Source of the DNA: Vulcanimicrobiota bacterium
GTDB taxonomy: Bacteria > Vulcanimicrobiota > Vulcanimicrobiia > Vulcanimicrobiales > Vulcanimicrobiaceae
Assembly (NCBI GenBank): GCA_963723515.1
Contig: CAVRQT010000003.1
Location: 128,001-192,000 of the forward strand
Direction of reading: 5' to 3'
DNA length: 64,000 nucleotides
In this document: positions 32,329 to 42,822 of the stretch, piece after piece
Layout: the number at the start of each line of letters is the position of its first letter
Position numbering within the stretch: position 1 is the first letter of the stretch
Notes under the pieces: generated by a model
Told to the model about the DNA's origin: nothing
The model's input: only the letters and a program-made list of their open reading frames with translations
The model's database searches: none
Translations under genes and position numbers: made by a program

Positions 32329-34194
32329 TTAGCGCGTAGCGAACTCAAGCAAGAAGCGCCGGCCGGGTTGCGGGTAACCCGGTACGTCGGAGATTCGATG
32401 GTTTGCGATGTTGTAGAGCCGCAACGAAAGCAGCGCATCGCTGCCCACTCGAAAGCGCGCGAAGCCGTCGAGACGGGTGTATCCGGCGGCTGGTTGCGGA
32501 CTGAACGAATAGAACTGGCCGCCGCGACTTTGGCTCGTCAGTCCCCAACTCTCAACGGCGCTGCGTGACGTGCCGACAAAGCCGAGCTCCGTACTAACCG
32601 AGAAAACCGGGCCGGCGGCTGAAATCCGCAGATTCGTGTTGGTATCGACGGCGCGGTAGAGATCCGTCACATTGACACGCGCATAGAGACGCCGCGCCGG
32701 AGGCGTTGTTATTTCTGCGGTTATGCCTTCGATATCCGCATGACCGATGTTCTGCGGAACGAAGTTTGCATCGGGAACGATCTTGTTGACCGTCTTTGAA
32801 GAGAACCAAGTGAGCGCCGCTCCGCCGAAGCTCGCCGCATCGCTCAATCGAACATCCGAAACGCGCATTCGCTCCGGCTGAAGGGCGCGGGTTGCCGAAG
32901 CCGCCGGGAAAGTACAGATCTTCGGCGCTCGGCGCACGGAACGCGGTCGCATAGTTTGCTCGAATGGTGAGCGCCGGAGAGAGCCGATGCAAAATGCCGA
33001 GAGCCGGCGCAACGATGCCTCCTTGGGCGCCGTCGCGTTCGGCGCGAATTCCGGCGTAAGCGCGATTCGCATCGCTCCAAAGCCAGCTTTGTTCGGCGTA
33101 GATTGCCGTTTGCGCATAGGCGTTGGTCGTGATATCGCCGATGCCGTCATCGAGCCGCGCGACGCCGCGCGCCAGGTCGATTCCATAAACGAGTTTGTTG
33201 CGCGGCGCGCGCACGGTGTTGCGCAAACTTGCCTGCACGCGCGCGTCGGTTGTGAGGGCCTCAGACGTTGTAAAGCAGTTCGGATCGTCCGGGTCGACGC
33301 AATAGAAGAGAAACTGCTCGGCTGCGCCGCCAAGTTCGAGCGTCGTTTCCGCGTGGACCGTTCGATGCGTGAAGCTTGCGAAGAGATTGCGGTCGACGCT
33401 GTCTTGCCGGCTCGGCGTTGTAAACTCGGCCGGCACAGACCCCGGATCGCCGAGATGGTGGGCGATCAATGCGCCGCTGATCTTTGTTTCCCACGAACCT
33501 TTATTGTTGTCGGCGACGAACCGCGCTGCGCTCAACTGTGAATCGGCAGCAGTGCGAACGCCCGTACCGTACGGGATAGTCGTTCGTCGCCACGCTGCGC
33601 TCGATCGTAACGTTGCGCAATTGAAGGTGAAACGTGCGGTCACCGAATGAGCCGTCGGCCAATTTGAGCGCGGGACGTACCTTGCAGCGGCCGCGTGATG
33701 ATATTGATGACGCCGCCGACAGCGCCTGCGCCGTAGAGCGTCGAACCGCCGCCTTCAACGACCTCGATCCGATCGATGCCCGCGGTCGGAATCGAATTCA
33801 AATCGAGCGTTCCGGTCTGTTGACCCGCGGCGGGCAGGCCATCGAAGAGAATCAGGACCTGCGCCGATGTCGAGCCGCGCAATCCGACACTGCTGAGCGA
33901 GCCGGTCGAACCGTAGCGAAAGACATTCACGCCCGGCAAATCGGCAACCGCGTCGGCGACGCTTGCAAAGCCGCGGCGTGCAATCTCATTTGCGGTCACG
34001 ACGTACGTCGTGCGCACGGTATTTCTGAGCGTCTCCTCGGACCGATCGCTCGTCACGACGTGTCCGATTTCCGGGATCGGCGTTGCCGACGGATAGGGCG
34101 AGGGCGTCGCGTTTTGTGCGGATGCCGCGGCAAACGGCGCGATGATGAAGAACACCGCGCAAAGGAATGTGCCGAAGATCGAATGTGAAGACAT
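32329..34194 (-). CDS. btuB: TonB-dependent receptor, BtuB-like (frameshifts)
   Basis: Plug domain LRGSTSAQVLILFDG and IDRIEVVEGGGSTLYGAGAVGGVINIIT, then FRAPS..DLY, GYPQPGRRF. Lies downstream of a cobalamin riboswitch. Confidence 0.85.
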
Positions 34195-34228
34195 GCTGTC
34201 CCTCCTTCTCGCGAGGCGGATTCAAGCA

Positions 34229-34374
34229 ACGTCTGCACCGGTATCCTGACTTGCGGGTCGTAGCCGAGGTGCTCGCGGCCTTCCGATCCTTTACGGATTG
34301 TGGCTTCCGAGCGGCTCACCGCATACAGTGGCGCGACCGTGCCGGCATCTCACCGGCTTCCCGCGCGCAGACGC
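34229..34374 (-). ncRNA. Cobalamin (B12) riboswitch
   Basis: Minus strand: GGGAA-GCCGGTGAGATGCCGGC-ACGGTCGCGCCACTGT..GCCAC..GGAAGGC..AAGTCAGGA, closed by GCGTCTGC/GCAGACGT. A downstream CCTC/GAGG hairpin covers the RBS. Confidence 0.92.
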
Positions 34375-34388
34375 GAAGGTCCGCTCTT

Positions 34389-35232
34389 ACGAAGGTCGCG
34401 GCGCTCTTCCTCGTTGCTGTGGCGCCTTTGAGCGCGTGCACCCCTCCCGCGCAGGCGCCGCGCGCCCCCGCCCACGTGCAGCGCATCGTCTCCCTTGTGC
34501 CGTCGCTGACCGAGGATCTCTTTGCGCTCGGCGTCGGCAAACACGTGGTCGCCGTTACGCAAGCCGACGATTATCCGCCGCTCGTGAAGCGGCTGCCGGC
34601 CGTCGCATCCTTCAGCAGCGTCAACAATGAGGCGATCGTTCACCTGCATGCCGATCTTGGTTGTCGGCATTCCCGCGCAGGAGCGGCTGACGGCGGCGCT
34701 TCGTTCAGCCGGAATCGTGACCGTGTTTCTGCCGGACGATTCCTATAGCGACATCTTCACCGACATCTCGGCGTTAGGTGCGTTGACTTCACACCGTGAG
34801 GCGGCGCTGAAATTGATTCGAGCGTTGCACGCGAAGACGAAGCGTCTGCAGCGCAGAGTCGTGCGTGCACATGCCAAACCGCACGTACTCTTCGTCATCA
34901 ATGTCAAGCCGATCATCGTCGCGGGGGAACGTTCGTTCATCTCGACGCTGCTTGCGCTGAGCGGAGCAACGGATGCCGTGCATGTCGCGCAAGCGTATCC
35001 CGCGCTTTCCGCTGAAGCCGTTCTTCGAGCGCAACCCGACGCCATCGTGACGGACGACCAAACGCAGCTCCGTGCGGTGCTTGGCACGCCGCCGTGGCGC
35101 TCGCTCGCGGCAGTGCATCGCGGGCGCGTCTTCGTATTAGATAAGCGACACGCCGATGTCGTCGAGCGCCCGGGTCCACGGTACAACGAAGGCATCGCGT
35201 GGCTGATCGCACATCTGCACCCCGTTCACTGA
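34389..35232 (+). CDS. btuF: BtuF-like periplasmic binding lipoprotein (one frameshift; non-canonical start suspected)
   Basis: KVAALFLVAVAPLSAC lipobox, RIVSLVPSLTEDLFALG, PWRSLAAVHRGRV, RPGPR. Confidence 0.82.
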
Positions 35233-36306
35233 CGTCGCGCCCGAAAGCCGTCGTGCTGGGGGTGCAGCTTCCGCAAGCGCGAGATTCGTTCGCCGCGGAG
35301 CTCGCGGAATTTGCGGCCCTGATCGAGGCGGCCGGCGCCTCCATCGTAGAAGAAATCGTCCAAAGTCGCGCTCGGCTCGATCCAGGATTTGTCGTTGGAA
35401 GCGGTAAGGCGCATGACGTTGCGGATCGCATCTCCGCAACCGCTGCGAAGCTGCTGTTCGTGTTGAATCCGATGCGGCCGCGCCAGCGACGCAATCTGGA
35501 ACGGCTCATCACCGTCCCGATCATCGACCGCACGATGTTGATCCTCGACGTCTTTGCGCGCCATGCCCGTTCGAGGGAAGGCAAGTTGCAAGTCGAGCTG
35601 GCGCAGCTGCGGTATCGGCAATCGAATTTGATCGGCGTCGGGACGCGATCTGTCGCGGCTCGGCGGCGGGATCGGCACGCGCGGCCCCGGCGAGACGAAA
35701 TTGGAGACGGATCGGCGCCGCATCGCACAACGAATCAAAATGATTGCGCATGCCCTTGAAGGCGTGCGCCGCTCGCGTGCGACCCGACGCGACCGCGAGC
35801 GCACCGAGCCGATCGTGGCGCTGGTCGGATACACCAATGCCGGCAAATCTTCGCTGCTGAACCGGCTGGCGCGCGGCGACGCGCTCGTCGCCGATCAGCC
35901 CTTTGCGACGCTCGATCCATTGATGCGCCGCGCTTATCTCGGTGATGGAAGGTTCGTGCGGGTGGTCGATACCGTCGGCTTCATCACGGATTTGCCGCCC
36001 GACCTCGTGACGGCGTTTCAGGCGACGCTTGAAGAGCTGGACGCCGCGGATTTGTTCATCCATGTGATCGATGCCTCAAATCCGGATTGGAGACGGCAAG
36101 TCGCAAGCGTGGATATGATCTTGCACGACTTGCGGCTGAGCGGAAAGCCGCAACTTCTCGTCCTGAACAAGTGCGATGCTCTCGCCGAGCCGCCGCAGGC
36201 GCCGGAACACTTCGACAAGCTCAGTGCGGGCTATCTCTGTATCAGCGCAAAAACCGGCGCGGGCATCGACGCGTTGCGCGCCGAAGTGCGTGAACGTTTC
36301 CCATGA
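35229..36306 (+). CDS. hflX: GTPase HflX, short form (one frameshift ~35645)
   Basis: GSGK, DRTMLILDVFARHARSREGKLQVELAQL, GPGETKLETDRR, GYTNAGKS, FATLDP, DTVGF, NKCD, SAK. Confidence 0.93.
36208..36231 (+). repeat. 24-nt hairpin repeat unit in frame within hflX
   Basis: CACTTCGACAAGCTCAGTGCGGGC encodes HFDKLSAG and is 23/24 identical to the reverse complement of 14695-14718. Confidence 0.9.
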
Positions 36307-36962
36307 AGCGGCTCCTCGTCGTCGCGCTGCTGGCGCTCTGCGCATGCAACCACTCTTCGCCGGATCCTTTCGTTGATGCGGTCCACGCAATGCGGGCTTC
36401 GGTTGTCTTACTGACGATGCAAGTGCCGGATCATCACGCGTGGGATACGGAGTACGCGACCGGAACCGTGATCGCGAGCGGTTCCTGGGGCAGCGACATT
36501 CTGACAGTGCAACATGCCGTCGACCAAGCGCGCAACATCAAGCTCACGATTGCGAACCGTTATAAAGCAGCCGGAAAATTGGTCGCCGCCAATCCGAAAC
36601 TCGACGTAGCGGTTGTTACGACGAAGGTCAAACTGCCGGTCGCACAGCTCGGCGATTCAACGCAAGCGCAGCCCGGTCAATCAATCGGGGTGATGGGCTA
36701 CCCAATTCCCGACATCTTCGAAGCAGAAGGGCTCGGACTTGCGACCTCGATCAATTCCGGCCGGATATCAGCGATCCGTCCACATGCGATCGAGTTGAAT
36801 CTGCCGATTGTTCCCGGCGAGAGCGGTGGTCCGGTGTTTACAAGCGATGGCGGCGCCGTCGTCGGCGTCGCCGAATCGCGGTTCGATGAAGAACGCTCCA
36901 TCGGCTTCGCACTGCCCATCAACGAAGCGAAGCCGTTCCTGCATAAACACAGCCACTATTGA
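36303..36962 (+). CDS. Trypsin-like (S1C) serine protease lipoprotein
   Basis: LCAC lipobox, LTVQH, LDVAV, PGESGGP. Confidence 0.85.
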   Translation: MKRLLVVALLALCACNHSSPDPFVDAVHAMRASVVLLTMQVPDHHAWDTEYATGTVIASGSWGSDILTVQHAVDQARNIKLTIANRYKAAGKLVAANPKLDVAVVTTKVKLPVAQLGDSTQAQPGQSIGVMGYPIPDIFEAEGLGLATSINSGRISAIRPHAIELNLPIVPGESGGPVFTSDGGAVVGVAESRFDEERSIGFALPINEAKPFLHKHSHY

Positions 36963-37751
36963 GGCTGCGGCGGCGCTTGAACGCCGGCCAGCGCCCGAAT
37001 CTCGTCGCGCAATGCGCTGATCTCACGCCGTAACGCTTCGACCGAATGTTCGCCTGCGACAGATGCCTGCGGACTTGACGCGTCGCGGTCGATAAAGAAA
37101 CTCGCGACCGACGCGGTGATGTAGCCGAAAATCGAAAAAGCGAAGACAGCCAGCAAAAAGCCGAGGATTCTTCCGGCCTCGGTGTGGGGGAAGTAATCCG
37201 ATCCGAGCGTCGTCATGACCATCGCGGTCCACCACACTGACGTGCCGTAGCTCGTCAATTCCGTACCCGGATAGTGGCGCTCGAACGCGTACATGCCCGC
37301 AGCGCCGCCAAGCGTTACGATCCACGTTAAGGTCAATGCATACCCGAAGCCGCGCCGGCCCATAACGAGCGTCAAAGCCGACATTCCGCGGTTCACGCCG
37401 CTAAGCAGTCGCAAGATTTGCACTTGCCCGGACGGCACTGCGCCGAGGATCGGAACGATCCGCAAGATGTTTAACGCCGGCGCCACCAGCGCGATCGCCG
37501 TAAACCAATTTGACTTGAGGAAGCGCACCTTGCTCGGTGCGATGATCAAACGCATTGCGAAGTCTACGATGAAGATTCGCCCAGATAACGTAGATGACCG
37601 TTTGCTCGATACGCGTCAGACCCCAAATCATCTGCACGACGACGAGCGCAAACCATCCGATGCCTAAGACGATCAGCGGTTTTTCCATCATCTTATGGAG
37701 CTGCGCGAGAAGACGGTAGCGTTGCCGGGCGATCCGTTGATCCATGCTCAT
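36956..37751 (-). CDS. Kv-like ion channel (one frameshift) with a divergent filter, TTLGSD
   Basis: Multiple TM segments, S4-like Arg repeats, pore helix SVWWTAMVMTTLGSDYFP, GRI, coiled-coil tail. Confidence 0.8.
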
Positions 37752-37766
37752 GTCACGATCCTTTGC

Positions 37767-38870
37767 TTACACCGAACGCACCTCACGTTCGGTAAGCTGT
37801 TCGCGAACGTGATGCGCTGCGAAAATTGAGCGATCTCCGATCCATTGCAGGGGCGGAATTTGCCAAAACGTCGCCATTGCCGCGAGCGCGCCAGCATACG
37901 CCACACGCAGCTCGGAAAAATCCCGCCACGAACGATCGGCATCGCGCATTTCGATTCCCATTTCGGCGAGCCGCGCATAGGCCTGATCGAACTCGTGCCG
38001 TTCGATGCCGACCGCTTCCTCAGCGTGTAGTCCGAAGTAACGCACGAAATCATGCGTTAAGTGCCGGCCCAGCCAATAGAAAATCTGCGCTTGGCCGCGC
38101 GCTGTTTTCTCCGTCGAGGTGAGCAGCAGCGTTGCCGCATCGAGCATCGTTCCCAACGTACCGACCCACGATTCGTAATCGTGGCTCGAACGAAAAAATG
38201 CCAAAATCGGATACGCGAGGTGACTTTCCATTACTTCGGCGGTCCACTGTTGTGCCTGAACGAACAGCGCGGGCAGATCATCCAATATGCCTTTGCCCGT
38301 CGCAATCGCCAGCAAACCCAATCCGCTGGGCGGCGAGCCCGCGCGGCTTCCGACATTGACGACGAAAACTTCCCGCCGTTGGAACGCTCCAAAGACGGCA
38401 AATAGGAACGCCGTTGTGATCGCGAGGACGCTTAAACCGGACGCCGCGGCAGCCAGGGACAAAAATCTCGTCCAGCCGTCGTGACCCGTAATGTCTCCGA
38501 AACCGATCGTGAGCAGCGACGTGCCGGCGAAGTAGAGAGATGACAAAAAGCTGACCGGCTGCGGTTGCAAGTGACTGCGAAGCGCGTAGAAGATGAACCC
38601 GTAACCAACGATCAGCGTCAATACCCAGGCCGCGAGAATGCTGATCAGCACGAAGGGTGCGAACGTCGCTAAGAAATCTTCCCGCTTGTCGTCATCGGAA
38701 ATCCGCCACGACATTTGCGGCCAAATGCGCCATAAGAAGCGGACAAGATACGCGCTGATGCGCAACCGCCGATCGACGGCGCGTGGTAGGACGACGGATT
38801 GAAAGACGTCGCGCAGCGCGATCCATATCAAGAAGAGACCAAGCAGGCCGGCCGCGATATTGAGGACCAT
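37767..38870 (-). CDS. Potassium channel family protein (Ion_trans_2) with a cytoplasmic C-terminal domain
   Basis: LYFAGTSLLTIGFGD filter, ESHLAYPILAFFRS. Confidence 0.85.
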   Translation of the reverse strand: MVLNIAAGLLGLFLIWIALRDVFQSVVLPRAVDRRLRISAYLVRFLWRIWPQMSWRISDDDKREDFLATFAPFVLISILAAWVLTLIVGYGFIFYALRSHLQPQPVSFLSSLYFAGTSLLTIGFGDITGHDGWTRFLSLAAAASGLSVLAITTAFLFAVFGAFQRREVFVVNVGSRAGSPPSGLGLLAIATGKGILDDLPALFVQAQQWTAEVMESHLAYPILAFFRSSHDYESWVGTLGTMLDAATLLLTSTEKTARGQAQIFYWLGRHLTHDFVRYFGLHAEEAVGIERHEFDQAYARLAEMGIEMRDADRSWRDFSELRVAYAGALAAMATFWQIPPLQWIGDRSIFAAHHVREQLTEREVRSV

Positions 38871-38878
38871 TTGCGGTG

Positions 38879-39217
38879 CTACTGCACGGGCGTTAATTTA
38901 ATGTAATCGAGTTGAGTCGTTTGGTCTTTCTTGACGCTTGCGGTCTGGGTTGACGTTGTGTAACCGGCAGCGCTGACGGTCACGGTTTGCGTGCCGGCCG
39001 GCACTTGCGTCAATGTGAAACCGCCTTGCGCATCGGTCGTCGCGGTTACCGTGGATCCGACGGCAACGAGCGCGCTGCTGATCGCCTGGTTCGTTTTGGC
39101 GTCAATGACGCGTCCCGTCACATTTCCGTAATCCTGTACCCCGATGTCATTGGGATTCGAACACCCGCCGCCTTGAGCGCCGAGCAAAAGAACAAATGCA
39201 AGGGCAATGACTTTCAT
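38879..39217 (-). CDS. Carboxypeptidase-regulatory-like (Ig-fold) lipoprotein
   Basis: GGAG RBS, signal peptide with GGC, VTGRVIDAKTNQAI, TTDAQGGFTL, VSAAGY. Confidence 0.78.
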   Translation of the reverse strand: MKVIALAFVLLLGAQGGGCSNPNDIGVQDYGNVTGRVIDAKTNQAISSALVAVGSTVTATTDAQGGFTLTQVPAGTQTVTVSAAGYTTSTQTASVKKDQTTQLDYIKLTPVQ

Positions 39218-39294
39218 GGCTCCTTGTAGTTTGCTGCAATTGTGGGGTTTACTCCCCAGGTATAGCGTTGAAAATGGGAAAAATTGTAGCCCGC

Positions 39295-39648
39295 ATGAAT
39301 CCCTACGTCCCCGTCGCGATTTACTTGGGGGTTGCCGTCGCGGCGGCACTCCTTTTTTCGCTCGTGCCGGGGCTGCTCGCGCGCAATAAGCCGAATCCCG
39401 AAAAGGCGGAAGCGTACGAATGCGGCGTCGAGCCAACCTCGAGCGTCTCCGGCCGTTTTCCGGTCCGTTTCTATCTCATTGCGATGCTCTTTGTGATCTT
39501 CGATGTCGAAGCGGCGTCGTTTTACCCCTGGGCGGTTCAGATGCATTCGTTGCGACTCTTCGGATTGATCGAAATGGTCGTTTTCGTGATCGTCCTTGCA
39601 ATCGGGTACGCGTACGTCTGGAAAAAGGGAGGATTCGTTTGGAGATAG
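39295..39648 (+). CDS. nuoA: NADH-quinone oxidoreductase subunit A
   Basis: YECG, FVIFDVE, YVWKKG. Confidence 0.95.
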   Translation: MNPYVPVAIYLGVAVAAALLFSLVPGLLARNKPNPEKAEAYECGVEPTSSVSGRFPVRFYLIAMLFVIFDVEAASFYPWAVQMHSLRLFGLIEMVVFVIVLAIGYAYVWKKGGFVWR

Positions 39649-40118
39649 GCCCAGGCCAATTCTTTTTGGCGAAGCTTGACGACGTTGCGCGGTGGGCGCA
39701 GTCATCGTCGGTCTGGCCGCTGACGATGGGGCTGGCGTGCTGCGCGATCGAGATGATGAGCGTCACTGCGCCTGAATACGACATCGCGCGCCTTGGTTCG
39801 GAAGTCTTTCGCGCATCGCCGCGGCAAGCGGATTTGATGATTGTCTCCGGGCGCGTCTCGCAAAAAATGGGACCGATCGTCAAGCGCCTGTACGACCAGA
39901 TGGCCGACCCCAAGTGGGTGATTTCGATGGGAGCATGCGCGAGCTCCGGCGGAATCTTCGACAACTACGCCATCATTCAGGGGGTGGACACCGTCATTCC
40001 GGTCGATGTGTACGTCCCCGGATGCCCGCCGACGCCCGACGGTTTATTGCACGCCGTGAATCTGATTCAAAAACAGATTCGTGAAGGCGGGCGCGGCGGA
40101 ATTTTGGCGCGCGCTTAA
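39639..40118 (+). CDS. nuoB: NADH-quinone oxidoreductase subunit B
   Basis: TTG start after [30 protein letters not shown]. Confidence 0.95.
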   Translation: MEIGPGQFFLAKLDDVARWAQSSSVWPLTMGLACCAIEMMSVTAPEYDIARLGSEVFRASPRQADLMIVSGRVSQKMGPIVKRLYDQMADPKWVISMGACASSGGIFDNYAIIQGVDTVIPVDVYVPGCPPTPDGLLHAVNLIQKQIREGGRGGILARA

Positions 40119-40127
40119 CGTACATCG

Positions 40128-40772
40128 ATGCCAAGCCCGCAGATGCCGCCGATCGCCGGTTCAGCGATCGACCCAACCGCACTTCGAGCGCCGATTGAAG
40201 ACGCAACGATCGAACGCATCGCGCCCGAGAATTTGCGCGCCCGCTTGCAAGCGCTCAAAGACGACGGTTATACGATGCTTCTCGACCTCGGCGCTGTCGA
40301 TTATCCCGAGCGCGTACCCCGATTCGACGTCGTCTATCATTTGCTGAAGATGCCGGCGAGCGTCGCGAGCCCTGCGCAAGTCGGTACGCCGCAACGGTAT
40401 CGCTTGCTTTGCGGCGTGCCGATCGAGCATACAAATGTGCAAAGCGTTTGCGATCTCTGGCGCAACGCCGATTGGGCGGAGCGCGAAGTCTTCGATCTCT
40501 TTGGGATCAGCTTCGATGGACACCCGGATTTGCGGCGCATTCAAATGCCGACGCATTGGGAAGGCTATCCGCTGCGCAAGGATTACCCATTGCGCGGTCC
40601 GGCGCGAGAGCGTTCGCCGCGCCCACAATTCGCGAACAAGAGCAATTTGGTTGCCGGCACGCCGCCCTCAGGCCGCACCGCTGAAGCGCTGCAACAGCAA
40701 GTCGCGATGCGTCGTGCGCAAGCATCCACGACGGCGGAGCAATCGACGCCTGAGGATCGTCCGAAGCCATGA
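40128..40772 (+). CDS. nuoC: NADH-quinone oxidoreductase subunit C
   Basis: EREVFDLFGISFDGHPDLRRI, PLRKDYP. Confidence 0.93.
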   Translation: MPSPQMPPIAGSAIDPTALRAPIEDATIERIAPENLRARLQALKDDGYTMLLDLGAVDYPERVPRFDVVYHLLKMPASVASPAQVGTPQRYRLLCGVPIEHTNVQSVCDLWRNADWAEREVFDLFGISFDGHPDLRRIQMPTHWEGYPLRKDYPLRGPARERSPRPQFANKSNLVAGTPPSGRTAEALQQQVAMRRAQASTTAEQSTPEDRPKP

Positions 40773-42004
40773 GTGTGGGGACGGTCAGCTCGCTGCCGCT
40801 TGAACCGCAAGGTTCGCAGATTCTCTCGCACGAGGGCAATGCGATGGTCCTCTCGATGGGACCGCAGCATCCCTCGACGCACGGCGTCTTGCAGATCATG
40901 CTCGAGATCGAGGGTGAAAGCGTCGTCAAAGCCGAGCCGGAGATCGGCTACCTCCACACCGGTATTGAGAAGAGCGCCGAAAATCTCTTTTGGACGCAAG
41001 CGCAGACGGTGATCGAGCGCATGGACTACCTTGCGCCGGAATGCAACTCGCTCTGCTATGCGCTAGCCGTGGAAAAGCTGCTCGATATCAGCGACCGGAT
41101 TCCGGAACGCGCGCAAGCAGTGCGCGTCATCGTCGCGGAGCTGACGCGGATCGCTTCGCACTGCGTTTGGCTTGGCACGCACGGAATCGACCTCGGAGCG
41201 CTCTCGATCTTCTTTTACTGCTTCGATCTCCGCGAGAACATCCTCGACATTCAAGAGGCGGCCGGCGGCGCTCGGATGCATCCGAATTACGTCCGCATCG
41301 GCGGATTGCAAGCCGATTTTCCGGAGGGACATGTCGAGCGTCTGGACGCGCTGCTCAAGAAGTTCCCCATCCGCATGCGCGAACTGCGCGCCATTTTGCA
41401 GAAGAACCCGATTTGGCAAGATCGCACGATCGACGTCGGCGTCGTCACGCCCGAAGAAGCCGTCGCGTGGGGATTGACCGGACCGTCGCTGCGCGCGAGC
41501 GGCGTGGCGTACGACGTACGCAAGGCGTTCCCGTATAGCGGTTACGAGAACTACGAATTCAATATTCCGACGCGCACCGAAGGCGATGCGTACGCGCGGT
41601 TCGCCGTCCGGCTCGACGAGATGGAAGAGTCGATGCGCATCGTCGAGCAAGCGCGCAAAGCGCTCAAGCCAGGGCCGGTCATGATCGACGACGTGAAAGT
41701 CGCGCCGCCGCCGAAAGAGACGATCGCGCTCTCTATGGAGGCGCTCATCCACCACTTCAAGGTCGTCAGCGAAGGCATCCGCGTTCCGCCCGGGGATGTG
41801 TATCAGGCGATCGAGAGCCCGCGCGGCGAGCTTGGGTACTACGTCGTCTCCGACGGCAACAACAAACCGTATCGCGTGCGGACACGCCCGCCCTCAATGT
41901 ACAACCTACAAGCGCTCAAAGGGATTGCGCCGGGCAATCTGATCGCGGACTTGGTCGTCATGATCGGTTCGCTCGATCCGGTCTTCGGCGAAGTCGACCG
42001 ATGA
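40769..42004 (+). CDS. nuoD: NADH-quinone oxidoreductase subunit D
   Basis: MGPQHPSTHGVL, GYLHTG, ESPRGE, GEVDR. Confidence 0.96.
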   Translation: MSVGTVSSLPLEPQGSQILSHEGNAMVLSMGPQHPSTHGVLQIMLEIEGESVVKAEPEIGYLHTGIEKSAENLFWTQAQTVIERMDYLAPECNSLCYALAVEKLLDISDRIPERAQAVRVIVAELTRIASHCVWLGTHGIDLGALSIFFYCFDLRENILDIQEAAGGARMHPNYVRIGGLQADFPEGHVERLDALLKKFPIRMRELRAILQKNPIWQDRTIDVGVVTPEEAVAWGLTGPSLRASGVAYDVRKAFPYSGYENYEFNIPTRTEGDAYARFAVRLDEMEESMRIVEQARKALKPGPVMIDDVKVAPPPKETIALSMEALIHHFKVVSEGIRVPPGDVYQAIESPRGELGYYVVSDGNNKPYRVRTRPPSMYNLQALKGIAPGNLIADLVVMIGSLDPVFGEVDR

Positions 42005-42046
42005 CGAAGCAGCGCTCTGGAATCGGAAAATTGCGTGGGTCATCGC

Positions 42047-42821
42047 ATGAGCACCGTTCCCGACGCAACGGAAAACACTCAGGATTTCAACGCACTATGC
42101 GAGCGGTTGCGGCCGCGGTGCGAGGAACTGATCGCGCAATATCCCTCGAAGCGATCGGCCCTCATGCCAATGATGCATCTCTTCGTCGACGAACAAGGTT
42201 TCGCGTCCAAAGACGCGATGTGGTTTTGCGCCGAGCTGCTCGGGCTGACGTCCGCCGATGTCGAGAGCGTCGTCTCGTTCTACACGCTCTTTTTCCAGCG
42301 GCCGATCGGAAAGTATCTCCTGCAAGTCTGCCGCAATTTGTCATGTACGCTAAACGGCGCCGCGAGCTATCATGGCGCACTGTCGCGAGCGCCTCGGCAT
42401 CGACCATCTTGAAACCACCGACGACGGGCTCTTCTCGTATGAAGAAGTCGAGTGTCTCGCTGCCTGCGATCGGGCTCCGTGCATGCAAGTCAATTTGGAA
42501 TTCGTCTATGATTTGACGCCGCAAAAGATCGACGAGATGCTCGCGGCAATCCATGGCGGAAGTTACAAGACGGCGCCCCTGCCGCAAACCGAACGTCCGC
42601 CTCGCACGTGGATCGTTCGGGAGGATCAAGAGATCGCGCAAGGCCAGCGCGCGCCGGGCGCAGCCGGAGTTACGAACCCCGATGACGCCGGCGGAGTCGG
42701 CGACCCGAGCGGCATCATCATGCTCGACCGTATTGTGAGCGATCCGGGGCGTTTCGCAGGCCGCACGCGCGAGCGAGCCGTCGCCGAACCCGCGCAAATC
42801 CTCGAAGCAATTGGAGAGTAG
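42047..42821 (+). CDS. nuoE: NADH-quinone oxidoreductase subunit E with C-terminal extension (one frameshift)
   Basis: SFYTLF, VCRNLSC, ECLAACDRAP. Confidence 0.9.
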
Positions 42822-42822
42822 C

